This document shows positions 14,204 to 28,091 of a stretch of 64,000 bases of DNA, one piece after another. The DNA is taken from contig NC_087251.1 of assembly GCF_037042905.1 (NCBI RefSeq), forward strand, positions 29,638,001 to 29,702,000. Reading direction: 5' to 3'. Positions within the stretch are counted from its first letter, which is position 1. Each line of letters opens with the position of its first letter. Position numbers and translations under genes: made by a program. Source of the DNA: Lytechinus pictus (Eukaryota). The notes under the pieces were generated by a model. The model searched no databases, was not told where the DNA came from, and saw only the letters and a program-made list of their open reading frames with translations.

Positions 14204-14641
14204 GTAAACTATATTTAATGCATTAAGTAAATTAAAACTTCTTTTTGGAGAGGGACGGGTGAATTATTATCGATATTCCAGAAAGCATTCCTCTTTCAAA
14301 TTAGTATTAACCGCGAAGGTTATATTGTTTAGTCCGCGCATCAAGTAAATAAAGATTTTATTTTTAAGAGGGGCGCGTGAATTATCATCGATAGTCCAGA
14401 AAGCATTCATCTATATGTAAGCTTTAAATTAGTCCCGGGTATTTACCACGAAAGTAGTTTTGTTAAGCTCATGCATCAATTAAAGTAAATTAACATCTTC
14501 ACTTGCAGAGGAACGTGAGATTTCAAACTAACATTGTTCACACTTTATATATTCTCATCGTTTTAATAGGCCTGCATGTACGTCGTTGCTGATTATTTTG
14601 TTAGTGATGGCTTCATTTTAATTATTTTTTTCGCTTTGTAG

Positions 14642-14785
14642 GTGACTGCGTCGTGGGAGGGCGATAAACTGCTGTTCACCGCTGAGAATGATTTCAAGAT
14701 GGTTCGTGAGATCACGGAAGGGAAGATGGTAGCCATTGTATCAAAGGGTGACGTCTCGTTCGAAGTGGCCTTCGATAAAGTATAA
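14642..14785 (+). CDS. FABP coding exon 2
   Basis: Acceptor tttgtag|; translates VTASWEGDKLLFTAENDFKMVREITEGKMVAIVSKGDVSFEVAFDKV*, typical FABP C-terminal strands. Confidence 0.88.
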   Translation: MTASWEGDKLLFTAENDFKMVREITEGKMVAIVSKGDVSFEVAFDKV

Positions 14786-16781
14786 AACGTAGGCTTTCGC
14801 AAGGCGGGATGACGGGATCGAGAGAGTTAATGTAAACCGACTAGTGGTATCCGACTGCGACCCGATTCTCGTGTAATTTGAAGTAGAATTGATGAGGGTT
14901 CATTTCGTGGGGCAAAGCTGCTTAACTCTATAGTTACCCTGCGAAAGTGACTCCACAACAAATAATACTTAGCGTTATTGCAGTAACAGAGTATTGTGTG
15001 TTTTTAGGTCAGTTTGTAAGTGTGACTGCAGCATTTGATTTAAATGTGTGTAGGATTGTGAACTTTTACTTTAACAGACAGGCTATGTCCACCGTAGAGC
15101 GTGTCCCCCCCCAAAAAAAAAATGCATTGTCTTTGTATCAACAAGCATTTAAACCTATAAGCTTTTAGCGCTTAAGGATTTGGCATCTGTGTATATATTT
15201 TAATGATATTAATCAACGTTTCATCGTATTCAGAAGATAAATGAATCTGCTTAAGAGTTTGTATCATCGAATGAGAACCAGTTGTGTTTGGAGGCAGGAA
15301 GGAGGCACCGTGTCACGGGCGGCACTTGAGAGGGCGCAAAAACATGCCAAAAAGTCAGAGATAAAGATCAAAAGGAGGAAAATAAAGAAAACACAAATAT
15401 ATCAAGAAGATTGATGTCCCATTGATGCATCAAAAAAGTCTTTATAGGCTTTAAGTTTTGACAGCTCAATGATCGCCTTGCTTCCTCACATATGATTCCT
15501 CTCAGAACTATTCTCATCCATTTGTAGTTCTGAAACTACCTTCTCAAAAGCATGATCGGATTCCATTGTTTGTAAAATTGTACGGCTTAAAAATTGGTTT
15601 GAAATTAATGTTACCTCTGATCGAGGGGGGCATGCAAGGTTAAGGGTGCGCAGAAATAAGAAGAGAGGAAAAGAAATGCGCTTTGTTATTAAGCAAAATG
15701 TGCAAGAAATAGCGTTTTGCAGCTTAATAAGATTGAATTTGTCACTACACCCATAATAGAGTTATTTTAGTGCAGCTTAGATACGCCACTATAGGGATCA
15801 GTAGCCTACAATTTACATGCAATCTGAGATAGATTTTGGTTTTTGTTCTGACTGCGGTATTAAACAAAATAGAGAGTTACTTCCGTTTTGTGTTATTACC
15901 AAGACCTTAAACCATATTTGTATCTTTTTTATAATTAAACTTATCTTCTGGAAATCGGCCTGTTTAGAGTCGAACTTGTATTTTTTTCACCTCACCCTCT
16001 TCTATTAATCTATCTCTTACAGAGACATCGAGATAGAGAAAGCTTGCTAAGATGTAAGTTCTTCCACTTTCTGTAACAGTTTTTTTTTAATATTCTTGTG
16101 CAGAATTGAAATTAACCTTGAGTCGCAAGACCTCCAGGCAGGTTAGAAAATAAATCTCCATGTAAATATATTTTCTTACTGCTTGAAGCCCCAGTAAACA
16201 ATTTTTCAAAAATTATAATTTGATACGACTTATAAGACACGGGAGGATAAACATTTTATAGCATTTTAAAAGTATATGAAGTTGTTCGAAGTTTATTGTA
16301 ATTTTCGCCAATAATTAATTGTATTCAATCATTATATCTGTTTTACCTTTGGTATATTTAGAATGATAGTGTGATATACTTTCGGAGCCTGAAGACTGAA
16401 TAATTTGCTGTAAAATAGTTATCATTTTTTGACTTTCGATATAAGTAAGAGATGATGTAGAGTAGTTTATTGATTTCAAGTGATGAAGAAGAAGGAAAAG
16501 GGAAGTATATTGGGAAAGAAACAACTGAACATTGCAATTCCGTAATCAAACAGTTATCTGCACTTCTCCCTCATATACAGTATATACAGGCGTTGTGGCC
16601 GCTGCAACTATAAAAAAAAAATTCCTTACTACGCTGTATTTCCAACATTCAGTGAATAAAAAAAATGGTAATGAATTGTATTGTAAAGCGTTTTTGTCAA
16701 AGTTTATTTCTTATTTATCATAACCAAAATGAATAACTTCTTTTTCACAGATCAGTCCAATCAGGGTAGAAACAATTTTAA

Positions 16782-17600
16782 GGGGAAGTCCACCTCCTCA
16801 TAGAAAATTTATTTGAACAAAAAAAAAGAAGCTTATTACGCTAAAAACAAAAATTTAAAAATCGGATGTAAAATAAGAAAGTTATGACATTCAAAAGTTT
16901 CGTTTATTTTCACAAAACGCGCATTTTGGTCGGTATGCAAATAAGGAAATCAATGACGTCACCTATTAACTAGTTCTCTTGTCTGTTATGATATGAAATA
17001 AGTATCTTAATCTTCTCCTCAATATGATGTGAAACAAAGTTTGATTCATCCCTGAACATTTAGAACCTATATGGTTTTAACCAATTGTGATTTGACGACG
17101 AGTCTCATAATCGTAAAATCTGCAAAAAGAAAATTGATACAAATTTCATAGTAACTTGGTGACATCATCGACTCTCTCATTTGCATATGTACCGTAATTG
17201 CCCATATAACTGTTTTATTTTGCTCGAAACGGATAAGGACGATAATGGATTGGTTGTGATGATGATAATGATGATGATGATGATAATGATGATGATGATT
17301 ATGATGATGATAAAATGGGTTGTGATCATGATAATGATGCCAACAACGACGACAATGATGATGATGATGATTTTGACCATAATTATAGTGATAATGACAA
17401 CAATGACAGATGGGGGATGTAGGGAAAGCGGTAGCTTTGGCTCTGATGACAATTAGTTTACAGATGATGGCGCTACAAAAGTGGCGCTTTATACCTCCAT
17501 ACATAGCCTAAATTTTTGTGTATAAATAACTTTCTCATTTTATATCCGATTCCGATGAAATTTTCAGCGTTATATATACTCACTTGTGCTATTCAGATAA
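16782..17600. mobile_element. Kolobok-like non-autonomous element (decayed, same family as 46865-47470) containing a (GAT)n tract
   Basis: TTAA|GGGGAAGTCCACC start; shared blocks AAATCGGATGTAAAATAAGAAAGTTATGAC and GGTATGCAAAT; microsatellite at about 17255-17410. Confidence 0.55.
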
Positions 17601-19399
17601 AGAAGGAGGTGGAGAAAAATGAGGTGGAGAAGAAGAATTACTTTCAGGTTAAAAGTAATATTCAACTCGTGCTTCGCACTCCCATTGCATGTTTAATAAT
17701 TGCGTATCCTATTCATGAGGATTACATGGTACAAGAGCGTATAATGAGCAAAAACTTAAGGGGGCAGACAACGCGTATTTAAACAATTTTCTATTAAAAA
17801 AGTTAACTAGTCAATACCATGACCTTGCCAAGCGAGGGTGCTTGGGGTGAAGCACCCCTAATATTTTTTTTCTTGGGTGATGCGTATGTTTTACACCATA
17901 TATGCAGCACCTCCTGGACGTCAAGTTGGTATGTTAAAATGCAGCAATTTGACCAAAATATCCTTTACTTTAGAGAAAAAACTTGTTTTCTCACAACAGC
18001 ACCCATCAGCCCCTTTTAAATAATCGTTCCCATTTATGCCCCATGGACATAGGCCCAATTGATCTCCCAGCACATTTGTGCTTTTCAAGAGTTTATTTTA
18101 TGAGATAAATTGATCACAAAGCGTTGAAAACTACCGTCTTTAGGTCAGAAAATATATTTCAAAAAATCAGCTCACTTACGCTTCGCGCTTGCTTGATACT
18201 GTTTATAGTGAGTTACGTATCCTGTCCATGGATTTCTGAAAAAAAAGAAAATCCTGAAACGTCCCATTTTCAGGTCAGTATAGCAACTTCTCCAACTCGC
18301 ACCTTGATTATTGCACTTAACAACATATGTTATAAAGGAGATTTCATCCTGTGAGATTTTTCAAGTAAGTACAATCATTTGTACAAAATATTTCGCCTTT
18401 CTTACAAACAAATTAGGCTATAAATATTTAAAGCATACTTATGACTACCCCCAATTAATATCGGCTCTTCGAGCCGCCTATCGTGATTATGACGATTACC
18501 CCCTATTGGATAATGTTGGATCTGCACCTGCTGATGACCGGGATGATGCTGATGATGATATGATGATGATCATCATCATGGTCAATGATCGTGATATAGT
18601 TGTAGATAGATAAAGAGTTAAGAAAAAAGAAACAAATTCAAACAATTATAAACAATCATTGGTAAGGGAATGCTTCGCGCTCGCATTGCCTTTTAGGTGA
18701 TTTACATATCTTGCTCACTAAATAGGCTGATATGTAGCTTAAAATATCAAGTTTTGAAGTCAATATACAAAGTATATTTCAGCTCATGCAGACATCGAGT
18801 TTTCAATATTTTGTTTGATTTACAAATTGATTTTTCAAAGTGCTATGTAAAATGTCCGTTTTATGTTGTGAATATCATTTGCAGCTTTTTGTGCTGTGTG
18901 CTCGCATTATTTGATTTGCCAAGTAGGCCTACATATATTCATTATTTATTCCATAAGATTTTTTTATATACACAACAAAAAAAGTAAGTACCCCCTTAAA
19001 CAAACATCAATAATTTCCGAACCAATGCGAGTTTTTAATATAATTTTACATGAGCGTGTAGGTAATTTTATAAGCTATCCTCTGAGTAAATGTTAAGGAC
19101 GTATTTTACGTCATGCTTCAGTGAGCATCGTCAAAAGGCAAAAATGTCACTTTTCAAAAGTCACAAGCCAAATATCATTGCTTTGATTCCATTTTATTGG
19201 AACTAATTCCACATTCTCATCATGAAAAATAGTCAGAAGGCTTGTAAAAGGTACTTTCTAAAAGACGATACAACTTTTTTGGCTAAATTTCACGGTTGAA
19301 TAAACACAAGTCCAAATTTGCTATAATTGGATTTTTTACACATTTCCATCAATAGAAATGCTAGAATATGATGACAGTTATTTTGGGGAAGAGTATCTT

Positions 19400-21685
19400 C
19401 AACAATAAAAGCTATTATTCTGAAAAAATTGACAGAGTAAAATCAAATATGAAGTCTACATGGGGGGTTATAAATGATTTAATTGGTAAGAAAAGAAAAG
19501 AATCACCCACTGATAATTTTACATTGGATAATGTGAATATAAATTCCCAAGACAAAGCTCACTCTTTTAATTCTTTTTTTGTAAATATCGGACCTAAATT
19601 AGCAAAAAACCTTAGTAAACCAAATGAAAGCTTTACTAAGTTTCTCCCGGAACCTGCAATAGCTTCACTGTTTTTGAATCCCACAAATGATAATGAAATA
19701 ATAGAAATAACAAAAACTCTTAAGTCCAGTAAAGCACAGGGCCACGATAGAATTAGTAATTTTCTCCTTAAACAAATTATACATTTTATTGCACCCCCTC
19801 TGACTCATATTTTTAATCTCTCACTCAATACTGGGAAATGTCCAGAGTGCTTAAAAATTGCTAAAGTAAATCCTATTTTAAAGAAAGACAACCCTCATGA
19901 AATAAGTAATTATAGACCTATATCGATTCTCCCTAGTATATCTAAAATCATTGAAAAGATTATTTACAAGAGGCTATACAAGTTTTTGGAAACACATAAT
20001 TTATTAAATTCAAATCAATATGGTTTCAGAAAAAGTCATTCAACTGACCTTGCGCTGATTAGATTATATGATAAAATAACAGATTCTATAGCCAATAAAG
20101 AACATATAATAGGGGTATTTATGGATCTATCAAAGGCCTTTGATACGATTGACCACCAAATTTTACTTCAAAAACTTTACTCTTATGGAATTCGTGGTGT
20201 TGCTCTTTCCTGGTTTCAAAGCTATTTAACCAATAGAAAACAATATGTTGTATTTAATGATGTTTCTTCAACTTTTCTACCAATCCGATGCGGTGTCCCA
20301 CAAGGATCGATATTAGGCCCATTACTTTTTTTTATTATATATCAATGACTTAACTAATACAACTTCTCTTCTATCGTTTATATTATTTGCAGATGATACT
20401 AACATATTTTACTCACATTACAACCTTAACACTCTAGTTGACACACTAAATAATGAGTTACTGAAATTATCATTATGGTTTAAATGTAACAAATTGTCTC
20501 TCAATATCAACAAAACTAATTTCATGTATTTTAAACACATACAATCTCATATAAATGACGTACATTACAACATATTTATAGATAATGTTCCTCTTGATAG
20601 AAAGCATCAAACGAAGTTTTTGGGTGTCGTCATTGACGAAAATTTAAATTGGAACGAACATATACGCCATATCATAACTTCTATTTCTAGGAATGTTGGT
20701 ATACTATATAAATTAAAGAAATGTATTCCTTGCAAAACACTTGCGTTGCTTTATAATTCATTGATTTTACCGTATATAACGTATAGCAATTTAGTATGGG
20801 CCACAACAAACAAAACAAAAATAGATTCTATTCACTTATTGCAAAAGAAAGCGCTTCACATTTGTACCGGTTCACAATATTTATCTCACTCCAAACCATT
20901 ATTTTACCAATTAAAATCTCTGACAGTATTTGACATTAATACACTACAAAGTTTATTGTTCATTTTCAAGTATTTAAATGGGATGCTACCAAATTCATTT
21001 CAAAATTTTTATACTTTGAATAAAACCATTCATGATTACCCCACCCGTAATTCCTCTAATTTACATTTAGTCAATCCAAAACTACGTATTGCCCAGAGAT
21101 CCGTAAGACATCATGGTCCTGATCTTTGGAATCCTCTCCCAGACTCAATTAAATCCTCTTGCTCCCTACACTCATTCAAAGCTAAAGTTAAGGTCATGTT
21201 ACTATCGGAATATGTAAAATAAACTTTCTTGTGTCATAATCATGTTCTAATATTCCGTTTCCATCATCATTAACATTATTTCCACCACCACCACCACCGT
21301 CACCACTATCATCATCATCATCATCATCATCATCTTCATCATCTTCATTTGTCATTATCATTATTATTATTTTTTTTTTTTACTTGATTATATATATTAT
21401 AGCAAGTTTTGGCTTGTTAGATTTTGTTCTTCTCTTTTTATATTATACTTAATGGATACTTTAATAATTTGTTATTGTCCATTCTGCTCATAATATGATT
21501 ATATGGTTAAAATATGTTTCGGTTTGTCATAATTTTCAAGCATTTTTTTGCTTACTATGGCAATCCATCTTCTGCTATTAATTTTATGCTAAATGATTTA
21601 TACCTGATTTATTGTCAATGTATGTTTGTAGTAGTAATTCATTACTTTATTAACATTCAAATCGTTCAAACAAAGGAATAAAATA
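19400..21685 (+). mobile_element. 5'-truncated CR1/L2-group (Crack-like) LINE; RT ORF broken by one frameshift
   Basis: NYRPISILPSISKIIEK, QYGFR, FMDLSKAFDTIDH, GVPQGSILGPLLF; after a +1 shift in the T-run near 20330, YINDL..LFADDTN..NKLSLN..KFLGVVID to the stop at 21222; 3'UTR with (CAT)n. Confidence 0.92.
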
Positions 21686-21699
21686 TATACAAACATAGA

Positions 21700-22746
21700 A
21701 GAAAGGAACGCCCAGGACATATCTGAGTAACAGAACAAGCAGGGCATACATAAATAACATAGATTATATTAACATAATAGCGTATACAATACATTACTAT
21801 AATTACCCCGAATCAAAGTATTAAAACAAGCATGAAATTATTATAAAGAAGTACAGTATGTAGAAGAAAAACGGGAACTAAAGCAGTTGAGAAAAGAGAG
21901 GTAGAAATAAAAGAAGGGGGAGATGGTACATACAAAGGTGAAATAAAAAATAGAAGAGAAGGAATGAGAAAGGGGGAGAGTAAAAGAGAGAGGAGAGAGA
22001 GTGAGAAGGTGAGGGCTGGTGGGAGAGAGAGGGGGGGGGGGGGGTGTGAGAGAGAAAGAGAAAGAAAAACAACATGTGACTTCCAGGGCATTACATAAAT
22101 TCAAATGATTGCACATAATTATACCCCGACACAGGCAAATGACCAGATTACGTTTCTGTCTTCCTTGGATACATATAAATGGATATTTGTTTCCCTCCAC
22201 ACATCATACACTCTCAGAAAGAAGAAAGAAAAAACATTGGGCTGGTCAACACATGAATCCACCAACCGCTGGGCAAAGAAAATTGCACACGAAACGAATG
22301 CATTTTATAAATCAACAGTCGGAAGGCCCATACGCCCACCAACGGCAATACATTGAACAAAATATCCCCGAGAGTGCATGTTATGGGGGGGGGGTCACAT
22401 TTTGGAAATCCTCACAATAAGTCGTAGTATTTTTTTGTTAAAATTATTTTTTGTCTTACGGTATTTGGTTATTATTACATTATTACATTAGTGGGTTATG
22501 ACATTCCCATACGGGTTCCTCCTTGGCCGAATATATTACAAATGAAGAAGTGATGGCAAGTGACGCAAGTTTATCCCGAAAGGTCTTGAAAGGCACTGGT
22601 TTCCCACATAACGAGAGAAATTTCTTCAGCTTTTGTGAATTGTCGTTATTGATATAGCCCCTGGAACCTATTTCTATAGGAAAGAAAAGCACATCGAAAC
22701 CATTGGCTTCTATGTCCGAAATCATAGGTGCATATTTCTTTGATTT
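21700..22746 (-). mobile_element. 3' fragment of an RLE-type non-LTR retrotransposon (HERO-like); ORF end 22483-22746
   Basis: KSKKYAPMISDIEANGFDVLFFPIEIGSRGYI...LAITSSFVIYSAKEEPVW matches the K..KY..L / EvGxRG C-terminus of restriction-like endonuclease domains; 3'UTR extent is approximate. Confidence 0.65.
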
Positions 22747-23936
22747 ATGTTATATTATATTGTTATGTAGAAGAAAAATAAATTCAAATCAAATCAAAAT
22801 CAAATCAATATTCATCGTTTCACGGTTCAATGAACATTTATTGAAAACAAAAAATACGATTTTCAAATATCATAGGCATGTATTGTTTCATTTTGGTAAC
22901 TGAAAATGATCTTTTCTCAACTTTTTCTTTATTTTCATGGCCAATTAACATGCTTTAATGTTTGAAAGGCGTTTAATTAAACATTCAGGCTTGAATGAAC
23001 ATGTGGAATGTGATTAGCTCTTTTTCACGTTATTGGAAAAAAATGCAATTGGTAACTATGGATATCTGTCACAAACCTCCTTGCATAGTTCATTTGATTT
23101 GATTTTAATGAAAATCCCGATGTTTAATGCATCAGTGAGCACACAATATTCGAAAATTATGCAAATGAGATGAAAGTTCAATCCCTTGGCCCCACTCTGT
23201 GCCGTATCGAATGGTTATTTTGGTGTGCGCGCCTTTTGATAGTGTTACTCTGAAGCCATGTGCGAAGTTTCATGAAATAAATGTTGGCAGAAGTAACAAA
23301 AACCGTCCATGAAACAAACCCTCATTTCATATTTGTTAAAACTTTGACTTTCTCTCTCATAGACTTGTGTACATTATGGGTGCATATGTTTAAGAATAAG
23401 TAACCCCTTATTCAATATGGTGGAACTTTTTTTCAAGGCTGTCTTTAGCAATGTCATTTGGCAGTAATGTTTATCAATCTATAGGCAGAATTCTGTGCAA
23501 AAATGAAATCGATTTGTTTATTTATGGATGAGTGAGCACGCATCAAAGTGGGAAATTTTGTATTTTAAATGTCACAGACTCATTTTAAAGGGTAATTAAG
23601 TGAATATTGGGGGCAAATTCGGTTTCAAATGTGACTTTGATTGCTGTTGTTTTTATAATCCATCATTATCACCACACGCTTTCCGAACTTTAAACATTTT
23701 CATGGTTGAGCGAGCACATTCGAAAACTTAGGAATGGATACTCTTTATACTGCATAAATGTATTCTTTTCCCAACAATTTCTCATGATCAGTTTAATTTA
23801 TGGACAAATCAGTGGTGGATCCAGAATTTTAAAATGGGGGAGGGGCCTATAATCGGGGGAGACACCAACATTTTCAAATTTTAACATGATCTAACAAGTT
23901 GTAGAGGATAAACCCCTATGATGATACGTCACAATA

Positions 23937-24093
23937 CAGGGGCCGCGGAACGGTTTTCAAAGTGGGGGGGGGGGCTGACCATGCAAAAAATCACAATCGT
24001 ATGGTCATTTTTACATTTTTGTACATGCTTTTAGAAAAAAATGGGGGGGGGGGGGCTTCAGCCCCCCCCCCCCCCCCGCGTCCGCGGCCCCTG
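23937..24093. mobile_element. hAT-like MITE with 5-bp TSD
   Basis: CAATA|CAGGGGCCGCGGA...TCCGCGGCCCCTG|CAATA. Confidence 0.75.
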
Positions 24094-25177
24094 CAATACA
24101 TTGTGCTCACTCAACCATGAACATACGATATCAAAATTGTGTGTGGAGTGGCTAAATGATGGATAGTAAAACAGCATAACACCATAAAATTCATCTCAAA
24201 ACAAATTTTGCCCAATTTTTTATTTGCACAATCTGAAAAACGACTCTTGTGACTTTCAAAAATGGTCATTTTTTATTCAATCTTTAATAACTCATGCATG
24301 ACTCAACTGATCAATCTCATTTTTCACCAGGAGTTGCCTAATGAGTGCAGAAAACCACCTACGAAATATCATATCTCAAAATAATTCCGTTCAAAAGTTA
24401 CAGCAATTTGATTTAAGGGGGACTTACTTTTTTTGTTGTGTATATATTAATTCTATAACAAACTAGTTAAAATCCCCCTTGTTATGACAGTTTATCAAAC
24501 ATTTCGTCTCGCGATTTGCGCTCGCATTAATTTTTACAAATATATCAACTCATAAATCTTAATCATGATTACAAAAGTGCTTAAAATATCCAATTTTCAG
24601 GCCTTAATGTCAACAAATTTCACTCACACATAAGGCTTATTACATGAATAAATATGATAATAAAATTTCATGAATTTCTAATAACTAAATTGTCCCTTTT
24701 TCAGAAAGGAATATCGACAAGTTTCATATCGCATTCAGGAAGGGGAATAGGAAGATAGTCATCATTTTCATATGATGACAAAATGTCCTTAGGCCTAGAA
24801 TGTCCAGGTCCTAGGTCAAAAGAATAATAAAAATATCAGCTCGCGCTTCGCACTCGCATCATTTATTAAAGGGGAACCCAACCCAAATGAAAACTTGTTT
24901 TATAAGGAAAAGAAAAATCGGACAAGTTGATAGGTGAAAGTTTGAACAATATTGGACAAACAACAAGAAAGTTATGAATTTTTAAAAGTTGTAAATATTG
25001 GTAATCATGCATGGAGACTTCAAATTGACCGCATATGGGATGTCATAGTGGTGTAAGGCAAGGACTACTCTTTCATGTACTCCAATACATATTATGGCTA
25101 AAATGTCATTTTTCCTAAAAGTTTTATTTCAAATTATATTTTTCTTTCATGAGGACATAAAACAATATACTACCGGG

Positions 25178-28091
25178 GGGCATTTTCACCACAGATGGAC
25201 ACAGAGGCAAAAAAATAAAGTTGATATTCATGTCAAATGCTTTATGTTTTTTAATAAAACAAGACCTGAAGTTTCTGAGACAAATTTTTTTCCGACTCTG
25301 GCAGCCATTTTTTATTTCAAAATGGCTGCCAAAGTATGGATACAAATTAGTGTTGAAAATAGTATATTGATACATATTTTGTTTTGACAGATTTTTAAAG
25401 AACAGGTTTGATCATGATGTTTTCGCCTTTGATTTAGCTTGCTATTATAACACTTTTTAAAATCCCACAGAAAGAAACACCAGTAATTCATTCATCTGAT
25501 AAAAAAACATTGATGAAGTATGTGATATGGTATGTAATGTCAGTTACCGAAAACATGAACTTTTTTTTCTCATTTCCTGGAAAAGAGGATATATTATATG
25601 AAACTTGGTAGATTTCCTCTCTAGGTAACACCCCTCCATTCTACACCAAAATTAAAGATTACCAATTAACAATGAAGCAATAGGGTACCATTAAATATAT
25701 GTAATGTCAGTTACCGAGATGTAATGTCAGTTACCATGATAAAACGTTGGTTACCAATATTGAAATGCAAATATGTGGTCAATTTTATGGTGAAGAAATA
25801 TTGTATACTTGTTATTTAACCCTAAGAAGACTGGGGGGGGGCTGATTCAGCCCCCCCCCCCTCGACATTTTTCGCGATAAATCCACTGCTCGAATGTTTT
25901 TGACCGCGTCGCTAGCTGACTTTTTACCTTCAAGTCTCGAGCAACTTTTGAGACCAAAATTGTGACCCCCGGGTACACGGTTCCGAAATTACACAACATT
26001 TTGTAAGTGCATGCAGACCCAAAATTACTCAAAAACGTGAATTTGTGTACAAATCCAATGCAAATAGTGTTTTCAGCCAAAATTCATAAAATGTATCATT
26101 ATTTTTCCTTTTACTGCTAAAATCAATTAATTTTATCTTGTATAGGGCCAAAATAAAGTCCCTGACAATTTCCATTGAAAAAACAATAAAAAACAAAAAG
26201 TCCAAAAAACAAAGAAATACATAAGAAATTTAGAAAACAATAGAATACACAAGAAAATAAATGTGATGTTGAAATTTTTGAAAAATAAATTTGATCAGAT
26301 GCCTATCTAGAGTATGTGAAACAAAAATTAGCATTTTAGGGTCATTATTTTATTAATTAGATCAAACTTATGATTTTACGCATAAATTAGCATAATTAAT
26401 CAGCAATGAGATTTTCTGCAGAATTTTATTTTATACTATTGTAGATAATGCCATGGGTAAAGCGCGTGCCAATTTTCGTTGCGATCGCGCGATCGACGGC
26501 CGAGATCATAAAGGGGGGCTGAATCAGTTGCATTCCCATCGTGCAAAAAAAATTACTATGAAATTGTTTTGTACATGCACTTTACCAAGTACCTAATTGT
26601 TTGTATCAGACAATTTTTTGTTTGGTTTTCGGGGGGGGGGGGGGGTAGGGGGTACTTTTCCCAACCTATTGCCTAAATCTGCAACATTTTTTAAGCTTAA
26701 CATTGTGATGAAGGGGATTTCCAGGGTCCCTTTTTTAGTTTCTAGGATTCTTTTGAGCATTGCCTCGCTAAAAGTAAATTCCTGGATTTTATACCTGTTA
26801 GTAGTGTGGATGTGTGATACAATTTTGTTTTTGGTTTATAAGTATAGATGAAAAGTGAAATTTGACAGTTCTGATCAATGTTGCATGGATCTACTAAAAC
26901 TGTGGTGTTTTTTCTAATTTACAAATAGTTCAGTTTCAGTTTAGAAGCTGGAGTTTATTTTTTGTTGACAGCTTATAAAAGAAATTAGCAAAGAAAATGA
27001 TTTAACAAATTATGAAGAGAATTGAAATCCGACAGATATGAACAAGCATTGCTTGCACTGACCAGAATAGAAATCACTAAAACTACATGGCTGCATGAGA
27101 TTTGGGGGAGGGGTACATGTAGCCTAGGGGAGGAGACCCTTATTAATTTTGCCTTTTTTGAGGGGAGGGGGAGGTTGGAGAAGGAAAAGGTTTAAAAAGT
27201 CAATATAAAACTGATGAATATATTATGGGTGTATAGTCAGAAAAATCCATGTGTACAGTCAATGCAATATCAAATTACTATAGGAAAACATGTAGCTGCT
27301 ATGACCCCACCCCCCCCCCCCGGTAAGTAAAACATACATTTCTTATCTTTTGATAATTAAAAATGTGAAGTGTTATGAAACTCTTATGATTTTAAAAAGC
27401 CTTACATATAAGTACCAAGAAAATTATGCCTTTGAAAATCATATAGCACTGGATAATGTTAATGTGTATTGTCAGTTACCGACAAGTAATGATAAAAATG
27501 TTCAAATCAAAGAAAGGAATTAAGAAAAAGAAAAAGTTTTTTCATTGAAATGTTCCTAAAAACTCGGGTATACTTCCACATCAAGCTCACTTTCATGTGA
27601 AGCCCTGCACAGAAGATACAATGCAATGATTCCACACATTTGACTTCCATGTGTTATCTCTATGGCAAATTAAGTGTAATGTCAGTTACCGTAATGTCAG
27701 TTACCAGCATGGTTGTGGAAAAATTATCATAGTCCCCAAAAGACAAAAACGAATTGTTTAATATTTTGACACATCTTAACCTAGTAACGGAGGTATATTT
27801 ACATATTCAAATTATTTCTCTATCTACTCAGGGACATGAGATATTTCAATTTTAATGAACACCCTGAAATTGCATGTCCTTTTGCGTAATGTCAGTTACC
27901 GACACATTTTTGCTTGCTGATGCGTAAAAAAATGTGGTAACATAGGAAAACTTAGTATCAGAGTATACAGCAAGGTTCACTTTATTAACTCTATCAAAAG
28001 CAAGCTCCCATCATTTGTTGTTTTAGAGATACATGCAATGGAAGGTGTGAAAACATTGTGCCGTGTAATGTCAGTTACCGTGAAAATGCCC
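25178..28091. mobile_element. Sola2-like non-autonomous DNA transposon (4-bp TSD CGGG)
   Basis: CGGG|GGGCATTTTCAC...GTGAAAATGCCC|CGGG; GRG/CYC termini; eight TGTCAGTTACC motifs. Confidence 0.7.
25820..26527. mobile_element. piggyBac-like non-autonomous element (right end lost)
   Basis: TTAA|CCCTAAG start; subterminal inverted GGGGCTGATTCAGCCCC / GGGGGCTGAATCAG; related copies start at 37070 and 49156. Confidence 0.6.

Noticed and set aside
17067..17504. Poly-His/Ile/Met ORFs
   Set aside because: Translations of a (GAT)n microsatellite inside a repeat element
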